From a virus, in IMG/VR virus record IMGVR_UViG_3300042290_000544: a stretch of 64,000 nucleotides of DNA; one strand, given 5' to 3'. The position numbers and the translations under genes are program-made. Below the pieces are notes generated by a model. The model saw only the letters and a program-made list of their open reading frames with translations, was not told the origin of the DNA and ran no database searches. Shown piece by piece: positions 38,029 to 47,195 of this stretch; positions within the stretch are counted from its first letter, which is position 1, and each line of letters opens with the position of its first letter.

Positions 38029-38418
38029 CTAGTTCTTATGCCGGTCTTGGTCCGAATTAAACTTAAAATTCAATTGGTCGAGCCAGGACTCCTCTTTCTT
38101 CTTACCTGTTGGCTCCGGAACTTCCTCATTGTGTCTCTGCGCCACAATTCTTGCGTATTCTTCCTTGGTTGTTTCATCTGGAATTGCAGCACTTAGAATG
38201 TGCATCTTCCGAATCATATGGATTCTTGAGTCGGTCCCTTGAAACCATGGAGAATAATAGGTTAAAGCCTTAATGCCTTCCGGCGTAGAATTGCTGATAA
38301 TGTTAATCTGAAGAGGGTCTCGAATAAGGATGTTTTCATCTTGATCAGAAAGAACCTGACAGAGAAGCGAATCGCCAGAGGTGAGCTTTAGAATCATACA
38401 AAGGTCATACATGCTCAT
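38029..38418 (-). CDS. Conserved T4-like protein downstream of uvsW (Sm-like)
   Basis: LKLTSGD..., P..I, PW pattern; synteny uvsW-X-gp55. Confidence 0.65.
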   Translation of the reverse strand: MSMYDLCMILKLTSGDSLLCQVLSDQDENILIRDPLQINIISNSTPEGIKALTYYSPWFQGTDSRIHMIRKMHILSAAIPDETTKEEYARIVAQRHNEEVPEPTGKKKEESWLDQLNFKFNSDQDRHKN

Positions 38419-39938
38419 AGTGAGACCTCATAGATTTTATAATTGAACTTTTCTTTGGAGTATAGTTTAATTCTTTCAGCAGCATGATCCAGTGTGTAGT
38501 TACGAGACTTCTTCCAATGAAGGTCATCGGCAATATCAAATACCTTTGTGGCGACTCCATTATCGGACTTACGCAAGCCACGTCCGATGGACTGAAGCAC
38601 ACGAATCTGAGATTTTGAAGGAGAAGCAAACACGATGTTGTGTAGGTTTCTTATATTTATACCTGTGGAAAATGTACCCATGGAAGCCACAATGATTGCG
38701 TCCTTCTCACCTTCAGTAATGGCACGGATGCGTTCACGCTCATCGGTATCCACACTTCCAGAAACAAAGAATAGCTTACGAGTGCGGCGTGGCATTTCAT
38801 TCAGCCTTTCATTAATCATCTCATAGAGAGGCTTCCCATGTTTCTCAACATAGTTGTAAAGTACAAGAGTGTTACCTTCCTGAGCAAGAGCCAGGTTCCG
38901 AATGAATTTATTCCGAGCCTCATTTGCAACAATAAAGTCAATTTCTGCTTGATAGTCGAACTGCTTTGCTGCTTGGCATACCTCATCACTGTATTTCAGT
39001 AACAGCACGGAAATGTCAAGGTCGGAAAGAGCATTCTGTTCAATAAGTTCCTTCGTGCTAGTTACCTTATAGACGGGACCAAAGAGACCTTCAAGGACCA
39101 ACTTATGTGTCTGCGTCCCGTCCAGTGTACCAGTGGTACCAATACGGAACTTTGCATCTCTGAGTTTCTCCATGATGGAAGCCAAAGACTTAGCTTTAAA
39201 GTTGTGCGCCTCGTCTCCCATCACCATACCGTATGGCTCAAACCACGTGGCTTGCATCTTGTAGATGGACTGCCATGTAGTAATAATGACGCGTTGACTA
39301 ATGTTGATTTTCTCCTTACCCGAATAGATTCTATGGCAGGTTTCCTCGACGCTCCACGATTCTTCAAGTGTTGCGTAGTCGGCAAAGTCTTTGTACATCT
39401 GTTCCACAAGCGAAGTTGTAGGTACAATTAGCAATACTTTCTTATTGTATTTAGAAAGGTACCAACGGATCAGCACATAGATAATGAGTGACTTACCAGA
39501 AGCCGTCGGGCTCAACAAAAGTGTCTTCCAATGGCGAAGCGCGTGTGCAATGGCTTCGACCTGGTAATCACGAGGCTCAATAGACTTACCGTGGGCATAG
39601 AGATTCAGGCTGGCAATAAATTCGGCAAGCTCATTTGGTTCGATGAGTTCCTGCGTATGAGGTAGCCCGTAGTAAGGATCATCAACATACTCAATCTCAC
39701 ACTTACGAGTCTCCGCAAACTCTTTGATGTAAGGCAGAAGACCGCCGTAGATGGTCTTTAGGCGAGCGTCAAAAAGCCGAATCTTTCCGTCCCATATCTT
39801 ATTTTTGTAGGCTGGCATGAACTTATAGCCAGGAACGAAAAAGGTAAAGAATTCGGATAACTCATTCGCGATTGATGGTTCGCACTCGATATGGATATAC
39901 ACCTCATTCTTTTTGCGGATTTTAAGAATGTCGGACAT
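38415..39938 (-). CDS. uvsW: SF2 helicase UvsW
   Basis: WDGKIRLF, SPTASGKS, DEAH, QSIGRGLR. Confidence 0.95.
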   Translation of the reverse strand: MSDILKIRKKNEVYIHIECEPSIANELSEFFTFFVPGYKFMPAYKNKIWDGKIRLFDARLKTIYGGLLPYIKEFAETRKCEIEYVDDPYYGLPHTQELIEPNELAEFIASLNLYAHGKSIEPRDYQVEAIAHALRHWKTLLLSPTASGKSLIIYVLIRWYLSKYNKKVLLIVPTTSLVEQMYKDFADYATLEESWSVEETCHRIYSGKEKINISQRVIITTWQSIYKMQATWFEPYGMVMGDEAHNFKAKSLASIMEKLRDAKFRIGTTGTLDGTQTHKLVLEGLFGPVYKVTSTKELIEQNALSDLDISVLLLKYSDEVCQAAKQFDYQAEIDFIVANEARNKFIRNLALAQEGNTLVLYNYVEKHGKPLYEMINERLNEMPRRTRKLFFVSGSVDTDERERIRAITEGEKDAIIVASMGTFSTGINIRNLHNIVFASPSKSQIRVLQSIGRGLRKSDNGVATKVFDIADDLHWKKSRNYTLDHAAERIKLYSKEKFNYKIYEVSL

Positions 39939-39939
39939 A

Positions 39940-40386
39940 TTAACCTCCGGATGTGAAGCGCCGCCAATCAATCATGTTCTTGATATGGGTATGGCGCCAG
40001 CGGAGTGTACCCATGATTTCTTCAAGGGTTTCCACCAGTGTCTTAAGGTAAATGATTTTTTCTTCCGACTTCTGAAGTTCGGTATCCGAGTTAAAGTAAT
40101 ACTCAAGGTCCGACTTCATGATTTTAAGCCCATTGAATGGGTCATATGGCCAACCGCGGACGGTCATTTCTTCTTGCGTCATCTTGCCATTGAAGTAGAG
40201 CCATTTGTCCTTGAGAAGGATTTTCTGGTCAAGCTCTTTCTTCTTGAGTTGCAGCTTCGTGATTGAGATTAGCTCAAGGTACTTTGCGTGGACCTTAGCC
40301 GTCTTCTGCGAAGCCTCGTCGAGATTCATTTCATCAATCTCGGCATCTTTCTTCCACATTACCAATAGGTCATCAAGGTTTATCAT
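39940..40386 (-). CDS. uvsY: Recombination mediator UvsY
   Basis: W.KD..ID, H.KYL, IKNMIDWRRF. Confidence 0.9.
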   Translation of the reverse strand: MINLDDLLVMWKKDAEIDEMNLDEASQKTAKVHAKYLELISITKLQLKKKELDQKILLKDKWLYFNGKMTQEEMTVRGWPYDPFNGLKIMKSDLEYYFNSDTELQKSEEKIIYLKTLVETLEEIMGTLRWRHTHIKNMIDWRRFTSGG

Positions 40387-40414
40387 AATATAGTATTATT
40401 TATCCTATCCTAGA

Positions 40415-40879
40415 TCAGATGAATTCAAAGTAGGTATATCTAAATGAAGCATCAACACTCACATATTCGACATCGGTAGTCTGAGTATGAAATTCAATTG
40501 CACCGATGCTTGTGGGAAATGCATCAACATAACGAATACGCTTGTTTGGGTTATTACTTGATGTAAGAATATGGAGAATCATATCGGCAGACTTCCGTTT
40601 GCTCTCTTCGGCATTGTTACGGATCCAATTGTAAAGTTCAAGGTAATTTTCCATGTTCTCGGAGACGATGAAACGCATATCAAACGATGCGTAATCCAAA
40701 CGGTCTCCTGGAGTATACATCTGTTGATTGCGGAAGGGAGTCGATACCTCGCCGAGGCTGAGAGCCGGAATGGATGTAACCGTGCAAAAATACTCAAGGT
40801 TTGCAAATTCATTTGCATTAATGCTTACCTTAAATCCTGTTGGTGAAAGGTAGTTTTTGTTCTGAGTAAGGTTATTCAT
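40415..40879 (-). CDS. gp3: Tail tube terminator / completion protein
   Basis: NYLSPTGF, FIVSENMENY.ELYNW, AFPTS; late promoter at 40885-40892. Confidence 0.8.
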   Translation of the reverse strand: MNNLTQNKNYLSPTGFKVSINANEFANLEYFCTVTSIPALSLGEVSTPFRNQQMYTPGDRLDYASFDMRFIVSENMENYLELYNWIRNNAEESKRKSADMILHILTSSNNPNKRIRYVDAFPTSIGAIEFHTQTTDVEYVSVDASFRYTYFEFI

Positions 40880-40896
40880 ACAAGTATTTATAAACT

Positions 40897-40924
40897 AAAA
40901 AGGGGAGCCCTTTCGGACTCCCCT
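40897..40924 (-). terminator. Terminator after gp23
   Basis: AGGGGAG/CTCCCCT hairpin followed by a T-run on the minus strand. Confidence 0.85.
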
Positions 40925-40962
40925 CTTTAAAAAACCGGTATCAATCAAGATACCGAGACTGA

Positions 40963-42312
40963 TTAGCCATTGTCAAGGAGACCAGAGACACCGAAGATAC
41001 GGAAGTATCTGTTGGCGCGATTGGTTCCGGTGCCGTTGCTGATGTCGGAGACATTAGTTTCAGCGAATGGATTTGCGACCATGCCGTAACGGGTTTTGAA
41101 TCCGATACGTGGTTGGAAGTCAGATTGACCGACTGCACGTACCATGGTGAGTGGAACGTATGGTGCGTAGAACATACCTGCGTCATACGGATTGGTACCA
41201 CGGTAACCGCTGGTGACGTAGTCAACAGTGGCATATGGATCAATGTAGACCTTGGTACGACCGTTGAGAACGCCAGCAAAGGTATTGCCGGTATCGTCAA
41301 CTTCGAGGCTGGTGCTGAGTGCTGGAGCGTAGTCGAGTACGCCTGCAGCTGCGAGTGCGGTAGCAACATCCGAAGAGCAGAGGATGAAGTTACCCTTGCC
41401 ACGACGTGTTTCTTTTGCGATAACATTCGCTTCGCGTTCGATTTGAACAAGAAGACCCTTGAAGCGTTCAACGTTCCAACGACCATCAGAGTCGGTGAGG
41501 AGGTTGAAGTTACCCTTTGTGGCAACGTTTGCTTGTTGTGCACCGAGCTTGGCTTTTACATTGATCGTGCGGATAACTTCGCGGTTGATTTCCGCGAGGA
41601 TTTCAGCAGAGAGGATGTTAGCGAGCTCAGATTCTGCATCAAGACCGTGGACGGCCTTGAGGTCTTGAGCAAGTTCCATGGTGTATTCAGCCTTCAGAGC
41701 GCGGGTCTTAGCGGTAACGGTTTGTTTCTCGATTGAGAAAGCCATTTCGCCGAATGAACCTGCACCGGAAGAACCTGAACCGAGACCTTCAGCAGTGCTG
41801 GTGGCCATACCGGTACCAACTGAAAAGGTATCGGAAACGGTATCGGTATCGCTGTCTGCACCTGTTCCACCTTTAGCAGATGGGAGAGATGAAGAATCGC
41901 CGCCGCTGGTGCCGGTGCCAGCAAATGCTGAATCGGCTTCGTTGAAGAGAGCTTCAGTTCCACCTTGTGAGGTGTACTTGCTCTTCATAGCGAAGATCAG
42001 ACCGGTTGGTCCGCTCATTGGTTGAACGCCAGCGATGTCGTAGGCGATCAGGTTTGGCATGCTACGACGAACAAGGCTAATGAGGATTGGATCCCAGTTA
42101 GCGATGTTGCCTGTGCCACCGGTGGTAGCATTAGCAGCGGTCTCATTGAGACCTTGGAAAGACGACTGAGCGCGTTCTTCACGGAGTGCTTTTTCTTGAT
42201 TTTCAAGAATGCACGCTGTAACCGAACGGCGGTAGTTATCTTTGATTGATGGGAGATCCTTATGGTTGATGATAGGATTCCACTTTTCTTGGAGTTTTTC
42301 TGAGTTGAACAT
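40963..42312 (-). CDS. gp23: Major capsid protein
   Basis: GVQPMSGPTGLIFA, RALKAEYTMELAQDLKAVHGLDAE, GFKTRYG. Confidence 0.98.
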   Translation of the reverse strand: MFNSEKLQEKWNPIINHKDLPSIKDNYRRSVTACILENQEKALREERAQSSFQGLNETAANATTGGTGNIANWDPILISLVRRSMPNLIAYDIAGVQPMSGPTGLIFAMKSKYTSQGGTEALFNEADSAFAGTGTSGGDSSSLPSAKGGTGADSDTDTVSDTFSVGTGMATSTAEGLGSGSSGAGSFGEMAFSIEKQTVTAKTRALKAEYTMELAQDLKAVHGLDAESELANILSAEILAEINREVIRTINVKAKLGAQQANVATKGNFNLLTDSDGRWNVERFKGLLVQIEREANVIAKETRRGKGNFILCSSDVATALAAAGVLDYAPALSTSLEVDDTGNTFAGVLNGRTKVYIDPYATVDYVTSGYRGTNPYDAGMFYAPYVPLTMVRAVGQSDFQPRIGFKTRYGMVANPFAETNVSDISNGTGTNRANRYFRIFGVSGLLDNG

Positions 42313-42346
42313 GTGAGTTAAGTCCTTTAGTTAGGAGTTAAATTGT

Positions 42347-43681
42347 TTATGACTTGAGTGTGCGGGTAATTGCTGAAGAATATGCTGCCATTACGGGAGT
42401 CAGTTCAGTTTCCTGTTCTGATTCATTGAGTACGGCGGTTTCTACTTCATTTTCTTTGGACTTCTTAACAATCTTGCGGAAGTAAGATTCTTTGACGGAC
42501 CGAACTTTCTTTGTGAAAGATTCAGCATCTTCAAAATCAATACCTTCTGACAGACTGGTGAGCTTGACTGCTTCTGTTGAAGCAAGACCGACTGAAGCCT
42601 CAGCAAGGATCTGGTTGCGCTTGAGGGCGTTTACAGACTCATTGAGTTTCATGTTGGATTCGGTTGCCTTCATCAGCTGTTCTTCAAGGGAAGCAACGTT
42701 CTTATTGAGTGTATCAACAAGATTTTCCTTGCCTTCTGGAACTTCGATGTAGCTTTCAGTAAACACATTCTTCAATGCGTTAATGAAATTTTCGGCGATT
42801 TCGGTGCGTAGACCAGATTCGATTGCAACTTTGTTCTCTTCCATCCAGGTACCTACGACATAGCTAAGATAGCTGTCGACCTTTTCTGAGAGCGAAGAAG
42901 CAATTTTAGTTGTTTCTTCATCCAGTTGGGAGCGGTAATTTTCCTCAATGCGGGAGACTTCTTCTGCAAGTTTGGCCTTAACGGTTGATTCAAACAGCTG
43001 AGATGCCTTAGAACGGAAAGATTCGGAAAGAGAGGTTTCGGCCTGTAAGAGGACATCAAGGTTTTCCTTAACGTCATCTTTTTCTTTCTTGTCTTTTTCT
43101 TCGTCATCGGCAGATTTCTCTGCTTCTGGTTGCTGTTCGTCTTCACCTTTTTCGTCGGCTTTTTCAGCTTCTGAATCGTCTTCGGAACCTGCCTTTGGTT
43201 CTTCAGCCTTTGGCGTCTCTTGTGGAGTCGTTAGAGTGCTGTAAACATTGGCAAGATCCTCAGTCTTCATTGTTGACATATGTTGGTACATTGCGTTGAT
43301 GAGCCCAGCTTTGGTCTGTGGAGCCTGTGCAACTGGAGCAGCAGCAATAGCTGCGTCGGTAGCTGCAACGGACTTTTGAACCTCTGGTGCAAGTGCTGGA
43401 GACTCTGGTTTTCCCAGAGAATGTGGCGCAACCGCCACTGGAGCAGCACTCACTGCGGACGCAACTGCATCGGCGGCTGGTTTTACAGCATCCGCGGCAG
43501 GCGCATCGGTCGGTACAGCATTTGCTACTGGAGCATCAGCAGTACCTTCTTCGTCATCAAGCTTCTTCTTGCCTTGTTCCTCGCCAGAAACTTCAACATC
43601 TTCAACGAGTCCATCAGCAAGTAGTTCCTCAACAGTGATGTCTTCAATGAGATCGACTTGACCTTTTGATGTGTGTGACAT
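42347..43681 (-). CDS. gp22: Prohead core scaffold protein
   Basis: LSESFRSKASQLFE, KVDSYLSYV..WMEEN.VAIE.GLR; long acidic/Ala-Pro N-terminal extension. Confidence 0.9.
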   Translation of the reverse strand: MSHTSKGQVDLIEDITVEELLADGLVEDVEVSGEEQGKKKLDDEEGTADAPVANAVPTDAPAADAVKPAADAVASAVSAAPVAVAPHSLGKPESPALAPEVQKSVAATDAAIAAAPVAQAPQTKAGLINAMYQHMSTMKTEDLANVYSTLTTPQETPKAEEPKAGSEDDSEAEKADEKGEDEQQPEAEKSADDEEKDKKEKDDVKENLDVLLQAETSLSESFRSKASQLFESTVKAKLAEEVSRIEENYRSQLDEETTKIASSLSEKVDSYLSYVVGTWMEENKVAIESGLRTEIAENFINALKNVFTESYIEVPEGKENLVDTLNKNVASLEEQLMKATESNMKLNESVNALKRNQILAEASVGLASTEAVKLTSLSEGIDFEDAESFTKKVRSVKESYFRKIVKKSKENEVETAVLNESEQETELTPVMAAYSSAITRTLKS

Positions 43682-43734
43682 ATTTGTTTTAGATTTAGCC
43701 TACTATAATAGTATAGTGGTTAAAGTTTAGAGAG

Positions 43735-43873
43735 GATATCAAGCGAGAATTGCTTGTGATCAGTCTCTGTTAATTCACGAATTACCTTGGATGTATTCAC
43801 GTTACCATAATTAGCATCTTCAGTTTTACCCATAATAGAAAGTCTTGAGCAATTATTTAAGAACAATTGCATC
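43735..43873 (-). other. 139-nt structured insertion at the gp21 3' end, flanked by duplicated CTC
   Basis: TTT CTC [GATGCAA...TTGATATC] CTC TCT AAA CTT TAA; the two ends can base-pair. Confidence 0.5.
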
Positions 43874-44497
43874 GAGAAAGTTTTTGAACACCCGTACCTG
43901 AGCTTCAATAAGCTGTTTGGACGGTGTACGGTTGATTTCTTTTTGAATCTTCTCGGCAATGATTTCATTACCGCGAACAAAGTATTCAACGCCTTCCATG
44001 ATACCATTGACGAAGGCTTCTGGAGCAGAAGGATCCTGAACAATATCAATGGTGGAAAGTACAAAGTCGGATTTGACCGACATAATGTTGCCGTTGCGTT
44101 CCAGTGAACCCATACCGCGGCTCGAAACGCCAAGACGAACTCCGCCTTCAACGAGACCCTTTACGATGTTGCCCATCGGAGTATTGAGAATAAGCGCCTT
44201 ACCCATTACGTTATGTCCGTCCCATTTGAGAGAGGTAATGCGATGTGATACCTTATCAAGGTTTACGGTAGGACCATCTGGGTGATTCAGTTCACCAACT
44301 GCACGACCCGTCGTAACTTGCTCATTCACATATTTGGCAACTGCTGGAGAAAGAACATTGTAGCGATAGATGCGACCATTGCGGTTTGCCTTTTCGGCTT
44401 GCATAAAAACACCTTCAACATATGTTTTCTTTTCTGCGCCGACGCCTTCGGTAATATAACCGATGTCACTATCGAGATGTTCTGTGATCAACTTCAT
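43853..44497 (-). CDS. gp21: Prohead protease
   Basis: MKLITE, NRNGRIY, GELNHP, GVSSRGMGS, DPSAPEA. Confidence 0.96.
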   Translation of the reverse strand: MKLITEHLDSDIGYITEGVGAEKKTYVEGVFMQAEKANRNGRIYRYNVLSPAVAKYVNEQVTTGRAVGELNHPDGPTVNLDKVSHRITSLKWDGHNVMGKALILNTPMGNIVKGLVEGGVRLGVSSRGMGSLERNGNIMSVKSDFVLSTIDIVQDPSAPEAFVNGIMEGVEYFVRGNEIIAEKIQKEINRTPSKQLIEAQVRVFKNFLDAIVLK

Positions 44498-44503
44498 TTG
44501 AAA

Positions 44504-44809
44504 TTATTCTGCTTCTGAATTGTGATATGCAATCATATTCTTATGATGCTGCATTAAAAGATTGTGATACTTCTTGCCCGAACCTGGCATACTCATTGAA
44601 TAAGGTTCGGCTAACTTTTCGTGAGCATCATGAGCCTGCTGATGCATCTTGCTGGCTAACTTATGATGCTCTCTACGTAGCGCGTGTTGAGAATGAGAAT
44701 TTGCAATGTTAGTTGCATCATGTGCATGATTTTGCGCATAATCATGATTATAATCGAGAGCTGTCGCCTCTGCGATCATCGAACGAACTGAATTAATTAA
44801 GTCGTGCAT
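44504..44809 (-). CDS. His-rich protein at the prohead core (gp68) position
   Basis: Start MHDLINSVRSMIAE right after the upstream stop; repeated His-Ala helices. Confidence 0.55.
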   Translation of the reverse strand: MHDLINSVRSMIAEATALDYNHDYAQNHAHDATNIANSHSQHALRREHHKLASKMHQQAHDAHEKLAEPYSMSMPGSGKKYHNLLMQHHKNMIAYHNSEAE

Positions 44810-44810
44810 A

Positions 44811-44984
44811 TTATTTAATATCCGAAGTCGGTTTCTTGTTGTAAAGTTCCGAAGCCAAAGATGCCTTGCGTTCATCAAGAACGGCATTAATCTTGGATGT
44901 CATCACGCGAGTAAAGTTCTCATTGGCTTCCGAGGCTTTTCCGGACGCCAATGCTTTAATCATTGTGGTAATGTCATTATTCAT
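44811..44984 (-). CDS. Small prohead core protein (gp67-like position), not in the ORF track
   Basis: Hand translation MNNDITTMIKALASGKASEANENFTRVMTSKINAVLDERKASLASELYNKKPTSDIK (57 aa); late promoter at 44993-45000. Confidence 0.75.
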   Translation of the reverse strand: MNNDITTMIKALASGKASEANENFTRVMTSKINAVLDERKASLASELYNKKPTSDIK

Positions 44985-45018
44985 TATGAAGCTATTTATA
45001 TGTTTTTGTATTTAAACA

Positions 45019-46566
45019 TTACTTACTCGGAGGCATTTCAGGTGCCGGATTTGCCATACCTTCAATTTCTGCCATTCTTTGTTCTTCGGCAGCCTGAGCA
45101 GAACCATCCTCGTTCATTTCTGCATCCATCGTCTCAATGTCTTCGTCGGTCTGCTGAAGAATGTTACGGCGGACCCATGTGTCGGAGAAGTATTTCCCGA
45201 CAAATGGTTGTGCAGCATTCAGAAGTTCAATGCGATTTGTGAGGATTTCAGCTTCTTTTAGCTCGGTAAAGTAATTATCCTGACGGAAGTCAACCGTCAT
45301 GTCCTCACGAATCTGCGGCCAATCTTCTTCGGTAATGATACCCTTGAGCATCAATTGAGTCTGAAGTAGATCAAAGAACATGATCGAGAACTTTTTACGC
45401 AGACGGTCGACAAACTTTTGGAACTTGACCTCATCACGTGAAATCTCTGTGGTTCTACCAAGGCTGAATGGAGTTTCCGGCTCCATGCGCCCGATCGGTA
45501 CATTTAAGCAGCGATAAAGTTTCTTTTGGAAGAACAGAATGTCGTCAATCTGACTTAGGTTCTCTCCGCCCGGAAGCGTAGAGATTTCGGTACCACGACC
45601 ACCCTCGCGGCGCGGAAGCCAGAAGTCTTCAAGCATTGACATATGCTTACGGTCATCGCGAATTTCACCAGTCTGAGCATCATATACCAACTTATTACGG
45701 TACTGATTCATAATTGTGCGCATATATTCTTCCGCCTTACCCTTTGGAAGATTGCCCACATCAATGTAGAAAATACGGCGTTCCGGAGCACGTGCAAGAC
45801 GATAGATGACCAATGAGTCTTCCATCATGCGCAGTTGATTCACGGGCTTGATTGCCTTATGGAGCGGAGACAGAACACGCTTACGGGTAGCATCAAGAAT
45901 ACCGGATGGCACATAACAGATTGCATCCTTATTAATCTTGAGCCCAATGTCCGACTTCTGAAGACCGCCATCCTGGTAGAGGTAATACTCATCAAGATTC
46001 TTAATGATTTTGGCACCCGTTTTTGGGTCCATTTCTTCTTTAATTTCACGGACCTTACGGATACGGAGTGCATCAACCGCCCGCAGTTCTTGAATACCTG
46101 CGTCGGGCTGAGTTTCATCAATGATCATATGATAGAACAAACGTCCATCAATGTACCATCTACGGAAAATATCCTGACCATTATTACTGAAATTAAGTAA
46201 TTTGCAGAGGTGATCAAACTCTCCACGAATTAGTTTCTTAATTGAAGCCGGCTGTTCCAGACGGTCCAAGTTAAGGTGTGCCGGAACATCGTCATGGTCT
46301 CCGACAATAGCTTCATTTACAATATCATCAATTGCCTGGTCGCACTCGGGCTGTTCAGCTGCAATACGATACTTGCGGATTAAATCGACATCCGTCTTTG
46401 CTGCATCTCCATCAAGGTCGAGATACTGACCATAGTAACCTCCGGCGGCAATCGCAGTGGAACCGTCCTCCGAGCTTGCGGGCACGAAAGAAACTGGTTG
46501 TTCTGCAATCTTCTTGCGTTTCTCAGCATCGCTGAGTTTTTCAAATTTCCATCCGAAAAATTCCAT
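45019..46566 (-). CDS. gp20: Portal vertex protein
   Basis: NQLRMMEDSLVIYRLARAPERRIFYIDVGNLPK, EDFWLPRREGGRGTEI. Confidence 0.98.
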   Translation of the reverse strand: MEFFGWKFEKLSDAEKRKKIAEQPVSFVPASSEDGSTAIAAGGYYGQYLDLDGDAAKTDVDLIRKYRIAAEQPECDQAIDDIVNEAIVGDHDDVPAHLNLDRLEQPASIKKLIRGEFDHLCKLLNFSNNGQDIFRRWYIDGRLFYHMIIDETQPDAGIQELRAVDALRIRKVREIKEEMDPKTGAKIIKNLDEYYLYQDGGLQKSDIGLKINKDAICYVPSGILDATRKRVLSPLHKAIKPVNQLRMMEDSLVIYRLARAPERRIFYIDVGNLPKGKAEEYMRTIMNQYRNKLVYDAQTGEIRDDRKHMSMLEDFWLPRREGGRGTEISTLPGGENLSQIDDILFFQKKLYRCLNVPIGRMEPETPFSLGRTTEISRDEVKFQKFVDRLRKKFSIMFFDLLQTQLMLKGIITEEDWPQIREDMTVDFRQDNYFTELKEAEILTNRIELLNAAQPFVGKYFSDTWVRRNILQQTDEDIETMDAEMNEDGSAQAAEEQRMAEIEGMANPAPEMPPSK

Positions 46567-46585
46567 ATTATATGTTGGGTTGAAT

Positions 46586-46617
46586 AAAACAGGGGAGGGA
46601 ATGACTCCTCCCCTGTT
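46586..46617 (-). terminator. Terminator after gp19
   Basis: AACAGGGGAGG/CCTCCCCTGTT hairpin followed by a T-run. Confidence 0.85.
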
Positions 46618-46635
46618 GTTTATTTATCCAAATAA

Positions 46636-47166
46636 TTAGACTCTGGATTGGGCTGATTCCCAATAGAGCACCTGGAGCTCAACACCGAATTCTTCAATTG
46701 TATTTTCCGAGTCATAGCTCAGATCAATTGCAGACACGGTTGTTGGAAAAGTGCCACGAAGATCGTAACGCTTTGTAACAGCTCCACCTTTATTCAGCTG
46801 TTCGACAACCATATCGGTTGTATAAGAAGCTGGATTGGTAAGACCGGTGTTGGTTGAGTTGTTATTAATACCATTGACCCAACGCTCGAAAGCGTTGCGG
46901 ATGTCCATATTAACATCATTGATGACGGTAATACCCCACGCTTCAAATACGCGATCGCCTGCAACTTGCATTTGACGTCCACGGAACGGAATGGTGATTG
47001 GTGAGATGATTGATGATGGAAGCTGAGCTGCCTTGATCATGAATGATGCAAGTTCAGTGTTTCCACGGGCATAGGCGGGGAAGTTGCAGGTAACCTTGAA
47101 AAGGTTATTGCGAGCGCCACCACCGACAAGTTTTGACTTAAAGTCTGTAATACCTAAAACGGCCAT
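46636..47166 (-). CDS. gp19: Tail tube protein
   Basis: GGARNNLF, FRGR...AGDR.FE.W, IEEFGV. Confidence 0.95.
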   Translation of the reverse strand: MAVLGITDFKSKLVGGGARNNLFKVTCNFPAYARGNTELASFMIKAAQLPSSIISPITIPFRGRQMQVAGDRVFEAWGITVINDVNMDIRNAFERWVNGINNNSTNTGLTNPASYTTDMVVEQLNKGGAVTKRYDLRGTFPTTVSAIDLSYDSENTIEEFGVELQVLYWESAQSRV

Positions 47167-47195
47167 GTGAATTTCTCCTTATTTAATTGTTAAGA

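Noticed and set aside
43735-43873. Group I intron or hammerhead ribozyme identity for the gp21 insert
   Set aside because: CAGAGACUG resembles the group I R element, but there is no matching S/P7 partner and the insert is too short. CUGAAGA is followed by a stem but not by the GAAA core. The class was left unassigned.
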